DNA of 64,000 nucleotides from Escherichia coli (GTDB lineage Bacteria; Pseudomonadota; Gammaproteobacteria; Enterobacterales; Enterobacteriaceae): NCBI RefSeq assembly GCF_017348835.2, contig NZ_CP071375.1; one strand, 5' to 3'. Shown piece by piece: positions 56,462 to 64,000 of this stretch (position 1 is its first letter; each line of letters starts with the position of its first letter). The notes under the pieces were generated by a model. It saw only the letters and a program-made list of their open reading frames with translations, ran no database searches and was not told where the DNA came from. The position numbers and the translations under genes were made by a program.

Positions 56462-56689
56462 ATGAAAACCGCAAAAGAGTACAGCGATACCGCAAAACGT
56501 GAGGTCAGCGTCGATGTCGATGCCCTGCTGGCGGCGATCAATGAAATTAGCGAAAGCGAAGTTCATCGCAGCCAGAACGATTCTGAACACGTTAGCGTCG
56601 ATGGACGTGAATATCATACATGGCGTGAATTGGCGGATGCCTTCGAACTGGATATTCATGACTTCAGCGTCTCTGAAGTGAATCGTTGA
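56462..56689 (+). CDS. yodD: Stress-induced small protein YodD
   Basis: ORF track 56447..56689; known start MKTAKEYSDTAKREVS (75 aa). Confidence 0.9.
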   Translation: MKTAKEYSDTAKREVSVDVDALLAAINEISESEVHRSQNDSEHVSVDGREYHTWRELADAFELDIHDFSVSEVNR

Positions 56690-56702
56690 ATGCACAATAA
56701 AA

Positions 56703-56789
56703 AAATCCCGACCCTGAGGGGGTCGGGATGAAACTTGCTTAAGCAAGAAGCACTTAAAAAATTCGTTACACCAGGAAATCTGATGTGTT
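56703..56789 (-). ncRNA. dsrA: Hfq-dependent small RNA DsrA
   Basis: Minus strand reads AACACATCAGATTTCCTGGTGTAACGAATTTTTTAAGTGCTTCTTGCTTAAGCAAGTTTCATCCCGACCCCCTCAGGGTCGGGATTT (87 nt), ending in a terminator hairpin plus U-tract. Confidence 0.95.
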
Positions 56790-56968
56790 CATCACCTTAT
56801 CCGCAATTTTTTTCGCTGACAAGAAAATATTCGCCATATGAATGATTAACGCTACTTATGAATAGAAATGTGACGCACGTCACCCCTTGGTGGCTCTGGC
56901 GTCAGCGGGATCGCTCCCGAAAAAATCATCTTTGATAATTTGTGCTGTTTTGAGAATCATCCTGGTAA

Positions 56969-59493
<2,525 letters not shown>

Positions 59494-59663
59494 CCTGACG
59501 ACTCCCAACCTGCTTTTTTATGATTCTGGCATAACCTGGCGATAGCGTACCGCAAAACAGCGATAATTTTATAATGGTGGCATGATAAGACGCGACTATC
59601 ATTCATTGCAGGCATTGGCACACCAGGCCGGATGTGATCCGGCCTGGTCTTAATGATACCCTT

Positions 59664-59846
59664 TCAAACTTCTTCCGCAGAACGACTCCCCTCCCCCGGA
59701 ACAAGCTCGGTTTCATGAAAAGCTTCCCGCTTGACCCCGTAACCGTCATACCAACGACACTCAACCATACCGCTGGAGTATCCAGTGACAATCATCCGCG
59801 GGCCGCCCTCTTTAACCGTAACTTCCTCACTAACCATAAAGCTCAT
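59664..59846 (-). CDS. yodC: Small protein YodC
   Basis: 60-aa ORF matching YodC. Confidence 0.88.
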   Translation of the reverse strand: MSFMVSEEVTVKEGGPRMIVTGYSSGMVECRWYDGYGVKREAFHETELVPGEGSRSAEEV

Positions 59847-59924
59847 ACTCGCCTCCTTTTTTCGAGTGAAACTTGTTCACCTTAGTTGAAGATGGCGAAT
59901 TTTGCATAATAGCCTGTGCGAGTA

Positions 59925-60842
59925 TTAATGTGCCTGACCGCGCATTTTCGCTACGGCTTTCACTCCCAGCACCACGATGCCGCCGATGATAAATCCAAGA
60001 ATCAGATTTAAAACAGTCGGTAATATCATCGCCACCACTGCACTTTGCTGCCCGGCGAAATGTTCAATGGCGTGATGCAGCGGCGCAATTCCATGTACCA
60101 CAATCCCACCGCCGACGAGGAACATCGCCAGCGTGCCGACAATCGATAACGCTTTCATCAGCCAGGGCGCAATGATCAATAACCCTTTACCTAATGCTTG
60201 CATCAGCGTGCTGGATTTTTCCGCCAGCCAATACCCCAGGTCATCAATCTTAACGATAACCCCTACCAGACCGTAGACGCCCACGGTCACTACCAGCGCG
60301 ATGCCTGAAAGCACCAGCACCTGATTAAGCAACGGCGCTTCGGCCACAATCCCCAGCGTGATGGCGACGATTTCGGCAGACAATATAAAATCGGTACGAA
60401 TCGCCCCTTTTATTTTGTCCTTTTCAAACTTCAGCGGATCCTGCGCCGCCAGCTTCTCCAGACGCTGCTGACTCTGCGCCGGATCTTCTTTATGTTTACG
60501 CGCCTCCAGCATATGCAGCACTTTCTCTACCCCTTCAAAGCAGAGAAACGCGCCACCAATCATCAACAGAGGCGTAATCGCCCACGGGATAAACGCACTG
60601 ATGATCAGCGCCAGTGGCACCAGAATCACTTTATTAATCAGCGATCCTTTCGCCACGCCCCAGACCACGGGAAGTTCCCGGTTGGCCCGCACGCCTGAAA
60701 CTTGTTGCGCATTGAGCGATAAATCATCCCCTAATACACCGGCGGTTTTCTTCGCCGCCAGTTTGCCCATCACGGAGATATCGTCCAGCAGTGTGGCGAT
60801 ATCATCGAGCAACGTCAGTAAACTACTCCCGGCCAAAAGCAT
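59925..60842 (-). CDS. yedI: DUF808 inner-membrane protein YedI
   Basis: 305-aa ORF matching YedI. Confidence 0.92.
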   Translation of the reverse strand: MLLAGSSLLTLLDDIATLLDDISVMGKLAAKKTAGVLGDDLSLNAQQVSGVRANRELPVVWGVAKGSLINKVILVPLALIISAFIPWAITPLLMIGGAFLCFEGVEKVLHMLEARKHKEDPAQSQQRLEKLAAQDPLKFEKDKIKGAIRTDFILSAEIVAITLGIVAEAPLLNQVLVLSGIALVVTVGVYGLVGVIVKIDDLGYWLAEKSSTLMQALGKGLLIIAPWLMKALSIVGTLAMFLVGGGIVVHGIAPLHHAIEHFAGQQSAVVAMILPTVLNLILGFIIGGIVVLGVKAVAKMRGQAH

Positions 60843-61014
60843 TCCCTCTCATTTTTATTGTTGAAGGGTGTAAGTATGAAGCAAAAACGGCAGCTCTGAT
60901 ACTTGCTTCACAGGTCAACATTTTTTTAACAATCAAGTGCAATTATATCTCTCGCCAGCAGAATGATTTTCACGTTTACTATGAACCACCTTTTTATTTC
61001 CACCGTGAGGGATT

Positions 61015-61935
61015 ATGCGTTTCCGCCAGTTGTTACCGCTTTTTGGCGCGCTGTTTGCGTTGTATATCATTTGGGGCTCAACCTATTTTGTCATTCGGAT
61101 TGGCGTGGAAAGCTGGCCTCCGTTAATGATGGCGGGCGTTCGATTCCTGGCAGCCGGTATTTTATTGCTGGCATTTTTGCTACTGCGCGGACACAAACTC
61201 CCCCCGCTACGTCCGCTGCTCAATGCCGCGCTGATTGGCCTGTTATTGCTGGCTGTCGGTAATGGCATGGTGACGGTTGCCGAACATCAAAATGTTCCTT
61301 CCGGCATCGCCGCCGTAGTGGTTGCAACCGTGCCTCTCTTTACCCTGTGCTTCAGCCGCCTGTTTGGCATTAAAACGCGCAAACTGGAATGGGTGGGTAT
61401 CGCCATTGGGCTTGCCGGAATCATCATGCTCAATAGCGGTGGAAATTTAAGCGGCAATCCGTGGGGCGCGATTCTGATTTTAATCGGCTCGATTAGCTGG
61501 GCGTTTGGCTCAGTTTATGGCTCGCGCATTACCTTACCTGTAGGGATGATGGCGGGTGCGATTGAGATGCTGGCGGCAGGCGTGGTGTTAATGATCGCGT
61601 CGATGATTGCGGGTGAAAAACTGACGGCGCTCCCTTCCCTTTCAGGCTTCCTTGCGGTCGGCTATCTGGCGCTGTTTGGTTCGATTATCGCCATCAACGC
61701 TTATATGTATTTAATCCGCAACGTCAGTCCGGCTCTCGCCACCAGCTACGCTTACGTTAACCCGGTGGTCGCGGTCTTGCTGGGTACGGGACTGGGCGGA
61801 GAGACGTTGTCGAAGATTGAATGGCTGGCGCTCGGCGTAATTGTCTTCGCGGTGGTACTGGTCACGTTGGGAAAATATCTCTTTCCGGCAAAACCCGTAG
61901 TTGCGCCAGTTATTCAGGACGCATCAAGCGAGTAA
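61015..61935 (+). CDS. yedA: EamA/DMT-family transporter YedA
   Basis: 306-aa membrane ORF matching YedA. Confidence 0.93.
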   Translation: MRFRQLLPLFGALFALYIIWGSTYFVIRIGVESWPPLMMAGVRFLAAGILLLAFLLLRGHKLPPLRPLLNAALIGLLLLAVGNGMVTVAEHQNVPSGIAAVVVATVPLFTLCFSRLFGIKTRKLEWVGIAIGLAGIIMLNSGGNLSGNPWGAILILIGSISWAFGSVYGSRITLPVGMMAGAIEMLAAGVVLMIASMIAGEKLTALPSLSGFLAVGYLALFGSIIAINAYMYLIRNVSPALATSYAYVNPVVAVLLGTGLGGETLSKIEWLALGVIVFAVVLVTLGKYLFPAKPVVAPVIQDASSE

Positions 61936-62394
61936 ATGAATCCCCTGCGTGTCGATCTGCGCGCTGGCACCTTCGCCGCAGATCCACTCTTCCAGACGCT
62001 CGCTAAGCGCTTCATCCGTCAGCTTCTCGCGCCCACGTAACGCGCACTCCCAGACAATCAATACGCGCCAGCCGAGTTCCTGCAAGCGACTGATATCGCG
62101 GCGATCGCGCTCAACATTTTTACCTATCTTCTCCAGCCAGAACTCGGTTCGAGTCGCAGGCACTTTAAACAGATAGCAGTGATGATGATGCCAGAAGCAG
62201 CCATGGGTAAATATCACGCAGCGATATTCATCAACGACAAAATCCGGGCGTCCGGGCAGACTGGCGTCCTGAACGCGAAACGCCAGGCCCTGCCCGGTTA
62301 ACAGACTGGCGAGGCGCTTCTCAATCGCCGTATCACGCGTGGCAATCGCGCGCATATTTTTGCTGCGAGTGGCCTTATCGTGAACGTCGGCCAT
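61924..62394 (-). CDS. vsr: Very-short-patch repair endonuclease Vsr
   Basis: ORF track 61924..62556 is extended; known start [22 protein letters not shown] (156 aa); start lies inside the 3' end of dcm. Confidence 0.95.
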   Translation of the reverse strand: MADVHDKATRSKNMRAIATRDTAIEKRLASLLTGQGLAFRVQDASLPGRPDFVVDEYRCVIFTHGCFWHHHHCYLFKVPATRTEFWLEKIGKNVERDRRDISRLQELGWRVLIVWECALRGREKLTDEALSERLEEWICGEGASAQIDTQGIHLLA

Positions 62395-63793
62395 GTTGTG
62401 CCTCTTGCTGACGCAACGCCACCGCCTGTTTGATTTTTGGCTCAAGCAGTTTTGCCACCGCGGCAAAGACCGGCACGACCACCGAGTTACCGAACTGGCG
62501 ATAGGCCTGAGTGTCCGAAACCGGAATGCGGAATTTCGCTTCTCCCGGCGCTTCAAAACCCATTAAGCGCGCGCATTCCCGAGGCGTTAACCGACGTGGA
62601 CGATGTTGCTGATTCAGCGGATCGTCAAAGTCTTTCTCACCCGTGGCCATATCCCAGCCGCGATCGATTAAAATTTCCGCGCCATCTTTGTAATAACGCG
62701 CAGACAGCGTACGCGTGACGCTTTGCGGATTGTTCGGATAAACCATTCCATAACCGAAGCCGTTACCGCGCGCCTGATGTTTTTTCGCATATCGATAGAG
62801 GTACTTCCACAGCACCGGCGTCAGGATATATTTCGCCTCGACCATCGGGTCCAACAGCTGCGCCAGCGTCACTCGCTGTGCAGGGAAACATTCGCTGATA
62901 TCACGCAGAGTAAAATCGGCTTTAAGATTCAGATCGCGACGAAAACCCACCAGCACGATGCGTTCACGGTGCTGCGGCAGAAAATGTTTACCATCGATGA
63001 TTTTCGGATCGTCCGGCCCGTTATCTTCTGCATCAGCCACGTCATAGCCCAGTTCGTCCAGCGTCTGCATGATGATGCGGAACGTTTTACCCTGGTCGTG
63101 GCTTTTCAGGTTTTTGACGTTTTCGAGCACAAACATCGCCGGACGACGCGCGTCGATAATGCGCACCACATCAAAGAACAGCGTGCCCTGAGTATCGCAG
63201 GCAAAACCGTGCGCCCGCCCGAGCGAGTTCTTTTTCGATACGCCAGCCAGCGAAAATGGCTGACAAGGGAAACCGGCCAGTAAAACATCGTGTTCAGGAA
63301 TGTGTTGACGAATATGTTCCGCCGCCGCCTCATCACTCACGCCTTCTTTATGGCTGAGGGTGATGTCGCGGATATCTTCATTAAAATGATGCGTCGCCGG
63401 ATCGCAATAATGATTGGCTTTATAAGTGCGTACCGCCTGTTTGTTCCATTCGCTGGTAAACACGCACTGTCCGCCAATCGATTCAAAACCGCGACGGATG
63501 CCGCCAATTCCGGCAAATAGATCGATAAAGCGAAACGCATAATGCGGATGATGTGCCGGTGGTTTGGGTAACAACGTTTGCAGATGGGCGAACTCTTTCT
63601 CACTTAAACGGTGCCATGCCGAGTCATTCGCCAGCGCACGTTTTAAAATTGCCGCGCTCCAGTGATTCTCACCTACACCATTAAGCTGAGCCACCAGCGT
63701 TTTAACATCATAAATTTGCAGCAGTTTCTCCAGCATTGCCTGTGCGGCATTCCCGGTGCTGTATGAATCGGTTACTGATATATTTTCCTGCAT
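62375..63793 (-). CDS. dcm: DNA-cytosine C5-methyltransferase Dcm
   Basis: 472-aa ORF with the catalytic PCQ motif ([11 protein letters not shown]) and ENV motif (FVLENVKNL). Confidence 0.96.
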   Translation of the reverse strand: MQENISVTDSYSTGNAAQAMLEKLLQIYDVKTLVAQLNGVGENHWSAAILKRALANDSAWHRLSEKEFAHLQTLLPKPPAHHPHYAFRFIDLFAGIGGIRRGFESIGGQCVFTSEWNKQAVRTYKANHYCDPATHHFNEDIRDITLSHKEGVSDEAAAEHIRQHIPEHDVLLAGFPCQPFSLAGVSKKNSLGRAHGFACDTQGTLFFDVVRIIDARRPAMFVLENVKNLKSHDQGKTFRIIMQTLDELGYDVADAEDNGPDDPKIIDGKHFLPQHRERIVLVGFRRDLNLKADFTLRDISECFPAQRVTLAQLLDPMVEAKYILTPVLWKYLYRYAKKHQARGNGFGYGMVYPNNPQSVTRTLSARYYKDGAEILIDRGWDMATGEKDFDDPLNQQHRPRRLTPRECARLMGFEAPGEAKFRIPVSDTQAYRQFGNSVVVPVFAAVAKLLEPKIKQAVALRQQEAQHGRRSR

Positions 63794-63859
63794 AGATTTA
63801 ACCGGCCATCTGAGATGGCCGACAGGTTAACATAATTACAGCCATTTAGGGCCACGCGC

Positions 63860-64000
63860 TTAGCCCGCGGGTGAAAACGCATCTATCACCTTGTGATCGA
63901 CACCTTCATTCTCCCCCGCCAGTTCGGCACTGAGCTTCGCCATAAACTCGACTAAAAATTGCGCGTTGTGCTGCGCCAGCTGCTTGCCTCTTGCGGTTTG
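63860..64000 (-). CDS. yedJ: HD-domain phosphohydrolase YedJ, C-terminal 46 codons only (5' part beyond window)
   Basis: Minus-strand frame open to the window edge, ending ...[39 protein letters not shown]; assignment from position after dcm and recollection of the YedJ C-terminus. Confidence 0.7.
   Translation of the reverse strand, partial: QTARGKQLAQHNAQFLVEFMAKLSAELAGENEGVDHKVIDAFSPAG

Overview
This window is the Escherichia coli flagellar/chemotaxis region running from cheB (truncated at the left edge) to yedJ (truncated at the right edge). Almost every ORF can be assigned by direct recognition of its translation: cheB-cheR-tap-tar, cheW-cheA-motB-motA, flhC-flhD, uspC, otsA-otsB, araH-araG-araF, ftnB, yecJ, azuC, yecR, ftnA, yecH, tyrP, yecA, the leuZ-cysT-glyW tRNA cluster, pgsA, uvrC-uvrY, yecF, sdiA, tcyN-tcyL-dcyD-tcyJ, fliZ-fliA, fliC, fliD-fliS-fliT, amyA, yedD, yedE-yedF, yedK, fliE, fliFGHIJK, fliLMNOPQR, rcsA, dsrB, yodD, the sRNA DsrA, mpgP(yedP), dgcQ(yedQ), yodC, yedI, yedA, vsr-dcm and yedJ. 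Several ORF-track entries are 5'-extended; I give the start consistent with the known protein N-terminus. The strain is not K-12: fliC encodes a 669-aa flagellin with a long variable domain, the flhD upstream region has no insertion sequence, and an AT-rich islet between yedK and fliE carries an intact 379-aa leucine-rich-repeat ORF. I found no CRISPR array, transposase, integrase, prophage or multi-gene defence cluster, and no convincing previously undescribed multi-gene system. The most promising leads are the LRR islet, the flagellin variable domain, and a few unexplained palindromes and hairpins in intergenic regions. All coordinates come from manual reading of the sequence and ORF track; no database search was run.
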